Source of the DNA: Ignavibacteriota bacterium
GTDB taxonomy: Bacteria; Bacteroidota; Ignavibacteria; Palsa-1295
DNA: 64,000 nt
Reading direction: 5' to 3'
Assembly: GCA_963787835.1 (NCBI GenBank)
Contig: CAWBEI010000003.1
Location: 32,001 to 96,000 of the forward strand
The notes under the pieces were generated by a model. The model was not told where the DNA came from. It worked only from the letters and a program-made list of their open reading frames with translations, and did not search any database. Below, in pieces: positions 10,813 to 20,415 of the stretch. Each line of letters opens with the position of its first letter. The stretch's first letter is position 1. The position numbers and the translations under genes were made by a program.

Positions 10813-12285
10813 TTAAAAATGCCAGCCAAATTCCAGCGCGGGCCCCACAAGTCCGCACGTTTCGCTCCTAAGAGCCTGCGAAGACACTGCCGACGGCGAG
10901 AGCGAGAAAAATCGCTCCTGCTGTGTGATCGATCCGCTCAAATAATGGGTATACACTAATCCTTCCAAACCGGCGGAAATTTCAAGCATTTTCCATGGTT
11001 CAAAATGTGCCATGAGGCTTGCCCGGCCACAGAACGGAGAATATTCCGGTCCGCCGCCATCTATTTGAGGGTAATATTGCGCACCACCCGAGTACATAAA
11101 GCCCACTAACGCATCGACCGGTATTCCAATAGGATCGAGTGTTACGCCAGCCTCCAGACCGATCATGGTGGTCGAGTTTGGAGATGACCCTTCCGCAGTA
11201 ATAATCTGTCCTTTCGTCGATCCCGATGTCGATAGTTGAGCAACACGCTCATACGATGACATTTGCCCGATCGAAGCACGGAACAGAACATAGTTCCACA
11301 TCGTCATACCAAAACGGAATTCGTTGAGAGAACTCATGGGAGAATTCGTGCTTCCCTGAGACTGACCAATAGAAACCGATTGACCTGTACCATAGCGGAC
11401 GCTGATCGTGCCACGTTCATCCGCAAATGGAGCAGGAATTACCGAGGGCCATATTGGTGCCGGACCGTTGACAAAACGCATCTGATCGGTCGTCAGAGTA
11501 TATGGGCTTTGTTTCGGCGCGGTATAGGTGATGGGAACAGAATTGTCCTGTGAGGCAGCGCTATTATCCGCCATCGACGAAGAATTATCCTGGGAGTTAC
11601 CCATATTCTTCGGGGTCTCCATCGGCCCGAACGGGAATAGGCTTGCAATCGATGCATCCGACGAGATCTTGTTCGTCGAAGCAGCGCTGGTTGTGCGCAT
11701 CACCATACCGGTGGAAGCATTCCCGGCAGGTGATACGACGTCCGCATTATTCTGTGAGACTGCGAATTGCGAGGCCAGGCCCGGAGTTGCATGATGCTGC
11801 AACGAACGCTGCAGCTCAGCAACTTCCTGTGAATGTGTCTTTAAACCAAGCGTTGAACCAAAAACATAATACGCACCCGCGCCAAGCACGAATGACATAA
11901 CCGAGGCAGCAAGCAACAAGATCGCGCCAAACCGCCAGCCGGAGCTTACGGCCGTTGCAACCGTGCCGGCACCGAGCGCCGCTGCACCTGCGTAGCGCAT
12001 GGACATTGCCTCTGGCGCGCGGGCAAGCATCGAGTCCGGCGTGACCGGGGGCGTAAAGCCTGCTTCTTCCAAGCGGCTGAAGAGCTGTGTCGTTACTTGT
12101 TCGGGAACGTTAAAGCGTCCCTGCCGAGCGATCGAGCTGGTAAGCTCACGGAGCTTCATGTGCTCGCGCATCACCTGCCGCCGTTCCGGAGAAACAGCAA
12201 GCGTGTGCAATAGCTCTTCCTCATCCGGCATGGCAAGGCGCCCGTCGAGGAAATCGAGTATTCGTTCTTCACTTAAATTGATCAT
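10813..12285 (-). CDS. putative anti-sigma factor with TM helix, disordered linker and C-terminal beta-barrel-like domain
   Basis: Directly downstream of the ECF sigma; N-terminus ILDFLDGRL..EEE; hydrophobic segment; ends EFGWHF; GAAGGAG RBS before MINLSEE. Confidence 0.65.
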   Translation of the reverse strand: MINLSEERILDFLDGRLAMPDEEELLHTLAVSPERRQVMREHMKLRELTSSIARQGRFNVPEQVTTQLFSRLEEAGFTPPVTPDSMLARAPEAMSMRYAGAAALGAGTVATAVSSGWRFGAILLLAASVMSFVLGAGAYYVFGSTLGLKTHSQEVAELQRSLQHHATPGLASQFAVSQNNADVVSPAGNASTGMVMRTTSAASTNKISSDASIASLFPFGPMETPKNMGNSQDNSSSMADNSAASQDNSVPITYTAPKQSPYTLTTDQMRFVNGPAPIWPSVIPAPFADERGTISVRYGTGQSVSIGQSQGSTNSPMSSLNEFRFGMTMWNYVLFRASIGQMSSYERVAQLSTSGSTKGQIITAEGSSPNSTTMIGLEAGVTLDPIGIPVDALVGFMYSGGAQYYPQIDGGGPEYSPFCGRASLMAHFEPWKMLEISAGLEGLVYTHYLSGSITQQERFFSLSPSAVSSQALRSETCGLVGPALEFGWHF

Positions 12286-12384
12286 ATCATCTCCTTCAGC
12301 TCGAAGCAGCACATGAACGAGAGACCAACGGCTGACAACGAGAACGCTGACATTTGTCGTGGTTTATTCATGAGTAATAATGGA

Positions 12385-13044
12385 TTATGCTGCATCTGTC
12401 ATTCCTGAAATATCCAGATCGCGGGCAAGGTCCTCTCGGATCACGCGGCGCGCTCGAAAAAGCCTGACCTTCACATTTTGTTTGCTTACCCCGAGCGTCT
12501 CTGCGATCTGATCTAACCCCAGATGGTTAAACTCCGATAAAATAAAAACTTCACGTAATAAAATTGGAAGCTGTTCGACCGATTTCATCACTTGTGCCAT
12601 AATGGCTTCTGAATTTGGCTGGTCGAACTGCTCCTGCGATGCCGGTGTCGTGAACCCTTCGATGAGGTCGGTATCGACATGCAGATCTTCGATGGAGATC
12701 GCAGGCTTCTTGCGCAACTGACTTACGGCCATGTTGTGCGCCAGACGGAACAGCCATGCCGCCACTGCGCCGGGTGAAGAAGCCTGAAACGTATTCCGGC
12801 TGCGGAAGAACTGAAGCCAGGCGTCCTGAAAGAGGTCGTCGATATGGCGAGGAGTGCCGACCATCAAGAGCTTCAGATAACTATAGACCCTATCTGCATA
12901 CCGGCTATAGATCATTGTAAACGCAGCGTCCTCGTTATTTTGGAACGCGCGCCACAGATCCTCGTCCGTGATGCCATCCGAGATCACGGGCTTGATGAGT
13001 TGTTCGACCCTCGGCTTGAGCCTAATGTTCATTAGAAACGCCAT
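12385..13044 (-). CDS. ECF RNA polymerase sigma factor
   Basis: AF..IYSRYADRVY, DDLFQDAW, WLFRLAHN, IAETLG..VKVRLFRAR. Confidence 0.92.
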   Translation of the reverse strand: MAFLMNIRLKPRVEQLIKPVISDGITDEDLWRAFQNNEDAAFTMIYSRYADRVYSYLKLLMVGTPRHIDDLFQDAWLQFFRSRNTFQASSPGAVAAWLFRLAHNMAVSQLRKKPAISIEDLHVDTDLIEGFTTPASQEQFDQPNSEAIMAQVMKSVEQLPILLREVFILSEFNHLGLDQIAETLGVSKQNVKVRLFRARRVIREDLARDLDISGMTDAA

Positions 13045-13074
13045 ATCGCAGACATGATAACGTCCGCTATTAGT

Positions 13075-13102
13075 AAAACGCTCTACCCCCCCTCCGGTTA
13101 CA
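13075..13102 (-). promoter_or_regulatory. ECF-type promoter (probable autoregulatory)
   Basis: TGTAAC-N16-CGTTTT upstream of the sigma gene; G7 tract in the spacer. Confidence 0.6.
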
Positions 13103-13148
13103 AAAAAAACCGTACGAATTCATGCAAATCGTACTTTTCATGAACATC

Positions 13149-13180
13149 AATAAGAAACCCCTCCCCCGGAAGGGAGGGGT
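13149..13180 (-). terminator. intrinsic terminator after the T9SS cargo gene
   Basis: ACCCCTCCC-N6-GGGAGGGGT stem followed by TTCTTATT. Confidence 0.7.
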
Positions 13181-13200
13181 GAAATTACGTAAAGTCGCGT

Positions 13201-14976
13201 CTATCTCAAGAACATAAGCTGCTTGGATGACGTCGTCATTTCGGTGCCTGCGATCGCCTGTCGTACTCGAACGATATACGTTCCATTTGGAACAACAGTC
13301 CCGGCAGACGTTTCGCCATTCCAGATGAATGGGCCATTCGATTGAGTGCTTAATAGCAGGTTGCCGAGAATGTCATAGATCTCGATCGTTGAATTTACGC
13401 CGGTTGGCACAGTGACCGTCACATCACCATGTGCAGGATTTGGGTAAAGGGTGAAAGGAGCGGGCGCTGTTTGCGACTGGCTCACTCCAGCCACAATAGC
13501 AGGCACGCGATGTGCTACGAGATGGTAATTATAAACCGGAGATGATGTGATCTCCATCTTACCCTCAGCACGTAACACCTGATAGGTTAGCGCCATGTCG
13601 ATATTGTACGTGCCGGTATCAGGAACATCGAGTGTCATGATGATCGGACTGTCATAGGTAGTTGCACCCGGAGCGATCGCTGAATCATAAATATTCACCG
13701 ATTTCGTTCCAGGAGTATTAAAATATGCGTCGCTGCCAGAGTCTGTGATCTGAAGCATCTCCGGATTGATCGATACCGAAGTATCATTCTTGATAAAGAT
13801 GAGATAACGAGATTTTGCGAGGCTCGTCGTGAACGTGATCGTACTTGCCCCTCCCGGAGGCGCATCGAGTATGACTGAATCGACGATCGGGATCGTTGCA
13901 GTCCCGCTGACCGTCGCGCCAAGTGCCTCACACGGAGTTCCCGCTTCGCTCGTTCCTATAGCATAAATAAGGATCCCGGCAGAATACGTTTGCCCCTGAT
14001 CGGCGCTCGATGGTGGTGTGAACGCAACATGGAAATAACTTTGCGCGTCCGCATGGATCGTCATGGGGAACTCGGAACTGGTAAGCGCGAACTCGCTGAT
14101 ATCGCCGTTCACGAGCACGATCGAGTCAACGGTGACGTCCGAACTCGTCCTATTCGTAATGCTATTCACGACATGGCTCGTAGTGCCGATATTGCAATCA
14201 CCAAGATAAAGACTCGAAACCGAAAGGCACGTGCTATCGAGAGGAAGTTCCTCACAACCGATAGTGTAGTAGGCGACATCCGATCCATTCGGATAGGTAT
14301 AATCAGCCTGGATCGTTGCGCTCAATTCATTCGTATCGGGGCCCAGGCTCGACTTCCCCACCAGACACGCATCAAAATTAACACGCTGATATGCACCGAG
14401 CGTAAAGGGAAGCGACGGTGTATTGGTAAGCTGGCAATCTACATTCTGCGACTGCACCTTTAGCGAGGTGACCGTTACACTGAATCCATTCGGATTATAG
14501 AGCGTCTCGCTATCGCATTTCGTGACCCCGGCCGTCAGTATGCCAAAATTCTGAACACCATTAAAGGTAAGATTCTGGTGATCCGGTGGATTGCCGGTCA
14601 TATATACTTCGACGGTATTACTATCGCCCTGGATATGAAGTATAGCTGAGGATGGCGTCAGGCTGGAAGCCTCGTAGTCCACGACAATTCTCGACTCGCC
14701 AAAAAAGCTAATGATGCTGTCGGAACCCAGCCGGTAATCGCTGCTGCCGGTGATCCACACATTCGCATCGGTTAGTGGTGTATGAGGAAGCTGACTCGAA
14801 TCCCGTCCGTCCGAGACGTACACTGTATAATTCGTGCTGACCCCCACTTCCGTGGTAAAGTGAACCGAATCCGGATAGACCGTTAACTGTGAAGCAGAAG
14901 AACGTGCCGATAGCACCAAAAGCACTGCGAGTGCCATCTGCAATGCGCGTGTGAACCTTTTATCAAATAGTCTCAT
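13201..14976 (-). CDS. secreted multi-Ig-like-domain protein with T9SS type A sorting domain
   Basis: Signal peptide MRLFDKR..SASQ; C-terminal LYPNP..IYDILG..WNG..GTYIVR. Confidence 0.8.
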   Translation of the reverse strand: MRLFDKRFTRALQMALAVLLVLSARSSASQLTVYPDSVHFTTEVGVSTNYTVYVSDGRDSSQLPHTPLTDANVWITGSSDYRLGSDSIISFFGESRIVVDYEASSLTPSSAILHIQGDSNTVEVYMTGNPPDHQNLTFNGVQNFGILTAGVTKCDSETLYNPNGFSVTVTSLKVQSQNVDCQLTNTPSLPFTLGAYQRVNFDACLVGKSSLGPDTNELSATIQADYTYPNGSDVAYYTIGCEELPLDSTCLSVSSLYLGDCNIGTTSHVVNSITNRTSSDVTVDSIVLVNGDISEFALTSSEFPMTIHADAQSYFHVAFTPPSSADQGQTYSAGILIYAIGTSEAGTPCEALGATVSGTATIPIVDSVILDAPPGGASTITFTTSLAKSRYLIFIKNDTSVSINPEMLQITDSGSDAYFNTPGTKSVNIYDSAIAPGATTYDSPIIMTLDVPDTGTYNIDMALTYQVLRAEGKMEITSSPVYNYHLVAHRVPAIVAGVSQSQTAPAPFTLYPNPAHGDVTVTVPTGVNSTIEIYDILGNLLLSTQSNGPFIWNGETSAGTVVPNGTYIVRVRQAIAGTEMTTSSKQLMFLR

Positions 14977-15038
14977 GGTTTTACTCCTTATTGATGTTGA
15001 GTGATAGTGTTGGGAATTATGTAACCTCTCGTTACCGG

Positions 15039-15066
15039 AAAACACCATGCAAAGAGGTTCGTTACC
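15039..15066 (-). promoter_or_regulatory. ECF-type promoter for the T9SS cargo gene
   Basis: GGTAAC-N16-TGTTTT, same geometry as the motif at 13075-13102. Confidence 0.5.
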
Positions 15067-15244
15067 AAGCTTCTCTACTCAATTTATACTCAGTGGCTTA
15101 AAGAAAAGCAGGGCAAATATCGCAGCTTTTTGGAACCCACATCTCCAAATCCTGTTGAATTTGCATTTCATTCTGAGCGGAATGGCTCTCGGATTTCAAC
15201 CTGAACAAACAGCTAAATAAACGATCACTATTAAAGACCAAAAC

Positions 15245-15688
15245 ATGGAAGACCAAAAAAATCAAACAGACGTCACTTCACCCGTTGACACATCAACACC
15301 AAAAGCGACAGGCATTGGTGGCATTTTCTTTTTTTCCGACAATCCGAAGGAAACGAAAGAATGGTACGCCAAAAATTTAGGATTGGAGATTAGTCCGTGG
15401 GGTTCGGTGAGTTTTGAATCCCGAAACCTTGACCGGCCGGACGAGATAAACTCGCTTCAATGGAATCCTTTTAAGCAAGGAGATGAATATTTTTCACCAT
15501 CCAAAAAAGAGTTTATGATCAATTACCGGGTGCAGAATCTGGAAGGACTGATAGCCAAACTCAAAGAGAACGGTGTAACCATTCTTGACGATGTTGTGAC
15601 CTACGATTTTGGGAGCTTTATTCACATCATGGACGCCGAAGGCAACAAGATCGAACTGTGGGAACCTGTTGACAAAACAACCAAGTAA
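15245..15688 (+). CDS. VOC/glyoxalase family protein
   Basis: TGIGGIFF..NP..KEWY..LG; MINYRV; DAEGNKIELWEP. Confidence 0.88.
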   Translation: MEDQKNQTDVTSPVDTSTPKATGIGGIFFFSDNPKETKEWYAKNLGLEISPWGSVSFESRNLDRPDEINSLQWNPFKQGDEYFSPSKKEFMINYRVQNLEGLIAKLKENGVTILDDVVTYDFGSFIHIMDAEGNKIELWEPVDKTTK

Positions 15689-15720
15689 ATACCCATAAAC
15701 GTTTTCAATCAAAATTAAAC

Positions 15721-16095
15721 ATGGCAACAAAATTAATATACGTGACGCAGCAGCAATCCATTGAAGGTGGGCATCATCTCAATTTAACCCCCAACCTTAA
15801 CGTGGCGCCTTACTCGGCGATCCGGATCGTGGCTGAATGGCGAAGCGGCGTTGCTACGATCAACATTGTGCTGAATATGGTCGTTTTAGGTGGCACGGTT
15901 ACCGCCCTTGGCGACGTATCGGTCGGCCCACCGATCTTCACGGAAACGCTGCAGCATACAACAAAATCGTTCGATGTTCCAGGGACGGAACTTTCCATTG
16001 ATGTGTATTCTCCCCAGGGCGCGGAGGGGCAGGGTGCTGACGTATTCGATCTCTATATATTCGGCAACGATAGCTGCTGTAACGAGAAAACGTAG
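15721..16095 (+). CDS. hypothetical beta-rich protein
   Basis: 124-aa ORF directly after the VOC gene; no motif recognised with confidence. Confidence 0.6.
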   Translation: MATKLIYVTQQQSIEGGHHLNLTPNLNVAPYSAIRIVAEWRSGVATINIVLNMVVLGGTVTALGDVSVGPPIFTETLQHTTKSFDVPGTELSIDVYSPQGAEGQGADVFDLYIFGNDSCCNEKT

Positions 16096-16096
16096 T

Positions 16097-16993
16097 TCAT
16101 ATTTCGCTAAGCATAACCGGCTTCCGGCTGCGAATCGTCAGTAAAATTCCCGACATAATGCAAATACCTCCGGCAATGATATACCACGTTATTTGTTCGT
16201 GGAGCCACCAGAGACCAAGCAACACCGCGATGGCCGGAGTGACCAATGAAATGAGCATTGTCTTCGTAACTTCGACGCGGCGCAGGAGCCAATAGAAGAG
16301 AAGAAATGCGCAGCATGAACCGACAAGCGCAAGATAGAATAGCGCAAGGGCCGCCGCGCCCGTCCAATGGAATGCAAACGGGTTCCCTTCGATGGCCCAG
16401 CCGACAATAAGGAGTGGAACGAAGCCGAAGCCCATTTGTCCTGCCGCGAGCACTGCCGGATCCATGTGGGTTCCGCGCGCTTTGATGATAACGTTCGACC
16501 ACGCTACACAAAAAGCCCCCACCACGATAGCAGCGCCACCGGCAAGTGCCGCCGGGCCTTCGCCATGCAACTGCGTTACAAAGATGATCACGACGCCGGC
16601 AATTCCGAGCAGTACGCCACTCGTTTTCGCCCACGTCATCGGCTCGTTCGGAAGTATGTAATGCGCAAGCAGAAGTCCGAACACGGGAATGATCGTTTGA
16701 AGGATCGCCGCAAGGCCGGAGGTCGTGCGGGCTTCGCCCCAAAACAGCAACCCATAGTTGAGCGTGAACGAAAGAATGCCGGTGGTGAGCAGAAGCGTCC
16801 AATCCGCGCGGGTTTGTGGGAGCGAAAGTTTGCGAAGATAGACGACGGACGCGAGTACAACCGTTGCGATCAGGAACCGGATACCTGCGAACGTGATCGG
16901 TGGAATGACGTTCACTCCAATTTTGATAAACATCCAAGTCGAACCCCAGATCAAACAGAGTGCGATCCAGGCGAGCATTTTTCTATTCATCAC
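16097..16993 (-). CDS. EamA/DMT family transporter
   Basis: LCLIWGSTW..IKIG..PP..RF; about 10 TM segments. Confidence 0.9.
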   Translation of the reverse strand: MMNRKMLAWIALCLIWGSTWMFIKIGVNVIPPITFAGIRFLIATVVLASVVYLRKLSLPQTRADWTLLLTTGILSFTLNYGLLFWGEARTTSGLAAILQTIIPVFGLLLAHYILPNEPMTWAKTSGVLLGIAGVVIIFVTQLHGEGPAALAGGAAIVVGAFCVAWSNVIIKARGTHMDPAVLAAGQMGFGFVPLLIVGWAIEGNPFAFHWTGAAALALFYLALVGSCCAFLLFYWLLRRVEVTKTMLISLVTPAIAVLLGLWWLHEQITWYIIAGGICIMSGILLTIRSRKPVMLSEI

Positions 16994-17019
16994 ATGTATG
17001 CCTTTGGCAAAAGCATCTT
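16967..17019. repeat. direct repeat copy 1 (eamA 5' end and leader)
   Basis: CCAGGCGAGCATTTTTCTATTCATCA..TGGCAAAAGCATCTT recurs at 17338-17390. Confidence 0.85.
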
Positions 17020-17085
17020 TCGCGCTTGCCTAACGAATTCGGGACGGGTGTTGTTCGGGGAACTGCTTTGGGAATACGACCTGCA

Positions 17086-17283
17086 TCAGCGAGTGAGCTT
17101 CGCCATGATCTCCTCGCGCGGAACCCGTTCGTTCCGGTCGGCTTCCATCATGAGGATGCCGAGGCCGATGTCTTCCTTCTCCTCGTCCGTTAGGACGCGA
17201 ACGCGAAAATGAAGCTTATCGAGAAGCCGTTTCAGCATTGAAAGGTCTTCGCTGTTATCGGGGGTAATGACTAAGGATTCCAT
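17086..17283 (-). CDS. small antitoxin-like protein (no adjacent toxin)
   Basis: 65 aa; EEKEDIGL..LM.EAD..E.V.REEIM resembles antitoxins that sit beside RelE/ParE toxins (inference). Confidence 0.55.
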   Translation of the reverse strand: MESLVITPDNSEDLSMLKRLLDKLHFRVRVLTDEEKEDIGLGILMMEADRNERVPREEIMAKLTR

Positions 17284-17337
17284 AGTTGCTTAAAGAGAAG
17301 ATCGCAGGGAGTTTGTTCCCGTAAGATGCTCTATGCG

Positions 17338-17390
17338 CCAGGCGAGCATTTTTCTATTCATCAAACGCATTCCTGTGGCAAAAGCATCTT
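17338..17390. repeat. direct repeat copy 2 (truncated eamA 5' end)
   Basis: 26 bp identical to 16967-16992, followed by a partly matching segment. Confidence 0.85.
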
Positions 17391-17537
17391 CACTGCGCGA
17401 ACAAACGCGAAGGAGGTACGAATGTTTCGAGAGGATTGAGGTGGCTGCGGATGCTGATTCCTACGTGCAAATATTTGTAGCCACGAGTTTTAACTCACGG
17501 TATGATTGCAATAACCGAGGCCATACATGATTATCAA

Positions 17538-19353
17538 CTAGTATTTCACACTTGGCAAAAGATGCGACGCATTTGAATGATCAATATAGATCAAAGCATC
17601 GAATGACTTTGAAAGGGTGCGTGCGGTGAACATATTATTCTCCATTCCTCCCATCCTACGAAAGCGTACAGGTTGACACAGCCAATTTGCCGCCGTATCG
17701 CTTGTTGTCTTCACCCGTCCGAGATCCAGCATCCACAGCGGCTCCCCCAAGCGATGGAACGCGAATTCAGCAGTCCCAGCTTGAGCAGAATCGGCAGAAC
17801 GCTCACTGGTTCCGTTCGCTAAATACGTTCCATCATAGAATGAAAATCCTATACTCACATAGTCATTACCGTACGACTTTCGCAGGCGATATCCCATCGC
17901 TCCGCTATCTTCGGCGTTCTGAGCACCATACGAGTAAAGAACTATTTTGGTCGCAGGATTATGCTCAATGATCCATTGAACATTCTGTGCCAGGCTTGAA
18001 TCCCTGATATAACGGCCACTATAATAATCAAAAATTTCTTCCAATTCTTGCGTGACGAGCCGGGCATTCTGCACAATCCATGCAAGTGAATCGGGATTAA
18101 TAGATTGACGAAATGAGGTTGAATAGGATTGCAAATGATCTTCCAGTTCGCGACAATCGTGGATTGCAAGCAACCACGACGTGGAATCATCATGATCCCG
18201 ATTATATCCCTCCTCCGACCTCGACCGAAGGACTAATTCTTTTGCAAGCGTATAGGCGGTCTGCGCTTCCGGGGCAACAGAACTATCGTGAGCGTCAAGA
18301 AAAAACTGGACCTCTGCCGCAGCCTTGGTGATAAACTGAATGCCATACCCGTAGAATTGTATCCGGCCTTCGCCAGAAGCATTGAAGGCACGCATCCATT
18401 TTACCAGATCGAGCATTTCCTCGGTGTTCCAATTCCAAAAGTAGGGATCTCGTAAAAGCTCATCCGGTTTGCCAATACCGTGCAGCACGTAATTATTAAT
18501 CGCGGCCGCTTGAGGCATATCTGCTTCGACGGCCACGATCGTAAATCCCAAATTCTTTGCGAGGTATTCTACGATACGTTGCTTCATTTGAAAACACTCA
18601 TGGGAACCATGCGTCGCTTCTCCTAAGCCAACGATTTTTGCGTTTCCAATAATGTCATGCAGCGGAGCAAGATCCGAAAGGCTTGCATTAGGGTCAGTTG
18701 TCGAAAGCGGTGAAATATTCGATTTTAGCCAATGAATCTGCGCATCGGTCAAATTGACTTTAGGAGGAGTATGATAGAGGGCAGCGAGGGCATTCGAATC
18801 AGCAATATAATCCTTTCCGTCTATTTGGATTTGAAAGTCATCGAACCATGCTGTTCCTTTTCCATTCAGCGTTGCGCCAAATCCTAAATATTTTGCCGCC
18901 GAATCGAAAACAAAATCGAAGCTATACTCTTCCCAGTCATGCGTTCCTGCTGGAATGACGACATTTTTGAATCCTCCTTCCGTTCCATCATTTCCCCATA
19001 AGCTGGCACTAGGACTGACGTCCAGGGTTTTTACCCATGCACTAATGTGGGCCTTTTTAAATTGTGAAACAGGTATTTCCGTCGTGGCAACACCGAATTC
19101 TCGTAACCTTGGTTCAGCCACACTTTCTAACTTGATCGAGTATTTTCCAGAGTGGAACGTTGTACTATCCAAGCTACCTCTGTAGGAACTTTGAACAGTA
19201 TGCGCACCATCGCTTCCGAGATACCAATAAGCCGGAGACCCATTTACAAAGGGTTTTTTAAATTGCTGTGCAATGACCGATTGAAAAAAGCCCAGGGTAA
19301 AAAAAGTAATGGCCAGGAATGTTATTTTTCGCAGTATTTTTTAAACGGAGCAT
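17538..19353 (-). CDS. erythromycin esterase family protein with N-terminal carbohydrate-binding-like domain; 5' end frameshifted or non-AUG start
   Basis: IVGLGEATHGSHE, AVEAD, WNTEE, FDALIYID; the frame stays open upstream of 19172 into signal peptide LRKITFLAITFFTLGFFQSVIAQ. Confidence 0.8.
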
Positions 19354-19410
19354 TGGCGTAATAAGTGCTTGGCCCTGGGCTGCGGGTACTTCGTGGCTCC
19401 GCCACTTGGG

Positions 19411-19437
19411 GTCGGGCTGGAAGCACCGACCTACGCG
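19411..19437 (-). repeat. GTAG-type REP (GTAGGTCGGTGCTTCCAGCCCGAC)
   Basis: Same sequence at 20470-20496 and 58679-58703, partial copy at 20498-20518; supplies the TAG stop of the DUF1801 gene. Confidence 0.8.
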
Positions 19438-19877
19438 ACCTCCTTTCGCTTCACTTCTCCGTGCTCAACTCCATATCGTATTGCCGCTTGAAGTACAGCA
19501 GGGTCTATATCTTTCAGCGTTTTGAACTTAAGGCAATACCCAGTCACGCTCGCCTTGCCTATTTTTTTTCCATACGTTTTTTTTAAGTAGGTCTTATCTT
19601 CGATACCGAGGATATAGACAGAGATCCCGGTTGTGTTTGCACTGAGACCAATTTGGTAAAACTCTTTGGTTGATCCATCGGCGTATTTTATGCTCTGGAG
19701 TCCATATCCGATATTAGGATTAGAAATCGTTTTACCTTCACTGTTCTTGCCGTCCAAGAACCATAATTTACATTTTGGCAATGTTTCCAGGATCATGCGG
19801 TGCAGTTCCTGCATGTCGCTGCGTTTTGGTTCCGGCTGGCTGGCAATGTACTCTTTGATCTCGCCTTCTACGTTCAT
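19431..19877 (-). CDS. DUF1801 (YdhG-like) protein
   Basis: YIASQPEPKR.DM..LH..I; IGYG; YCLKFK.LKDID. Confidence 0.8.
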   Translation of the reverse strand: MNVEGEIKEYIASQPEPKRSDMQELHRMILETLPKCKLWFLDGKNSEGKTISNPNIGYGLQSIKYADGSTKEFYQIGLSANTTGISVYILGIEDKTYLKKTYGKKIGKASVTGYCLKFKTLKDIDPAVLQAAIRYGVEHGEVKRKEVA

Positions 19878-19891
19878 GGTTTCATGGATCG

Positions 19892-20314
19892 TTAATAGCT
19901 TGGATCAAATTCCACTATCCATTCGATCCCATATTTGTCTCTAAAACATCCAAAGTATGAACCCCAGGGACTGTCTCCAATAGGAGCTTCGATCTGACCT
20001 CCCGCTGAAAGCCCATAGAATAATTTGTCCGCTTCTTCTCTGCTTTCCGTACGAACGGATATTTTAGATCTATTTTCGTTTTCATTCGTTCGCCCCATGC
20101 TTTCCGGCACGTCATTGCCTATCAAAACATTTGGGCCGATACGCAACGCAATGTGCATGATCTTATGTGCTTCCTTTTCATCGACAGGGAATTCAGGGCC
20201 CAGATCCCTGAAACGCATAATTTTTGCGAACTCACCTCCAAATACAGATCTGTAAAATGTGAATGCTTCTTCGGCATTCCCGTTGAAGTTAATGTGCGGA
20301 TTGATTACTGCCAT
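19892..20314 (-). CDS. VOC family PhnB-like protein
   Basis: INPHINFNGNAEEAF.FY..VFGG; IMHIAL; PWGSYFG.FRDKYGIEW. Confidence 0.88.
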   Translation of the reverse strand: MAVINPHINFNGNAEEAFTFYRSVFGGEFAKIMRFRDLGPEFPVDEKEAHKIMHIALRIGPNVLIGNDVPESMGRTNENENRSKISVRTESREEADKLFYGLSAGGQIEAPIGDSPWGSYFGCFRDKYGIEWIVEFDPSY

Positions 20315-20415
20315 AGTGTTTATTTACAAAATGAATTGTCGTGCAAAAATACGAACTTTTCAAAATCGCGCAGCAAGGTGTGGATGTGTCATTTTAAGTG
20401 GTCGAACGCGACAAC

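Noticed and set aside
16107-17212. Long alternate-frame ORFs over eamA (also 38363-39265, 29036-29824, 9392-10078)
   Set aside because: Shadow ORFs of well-supported genes.
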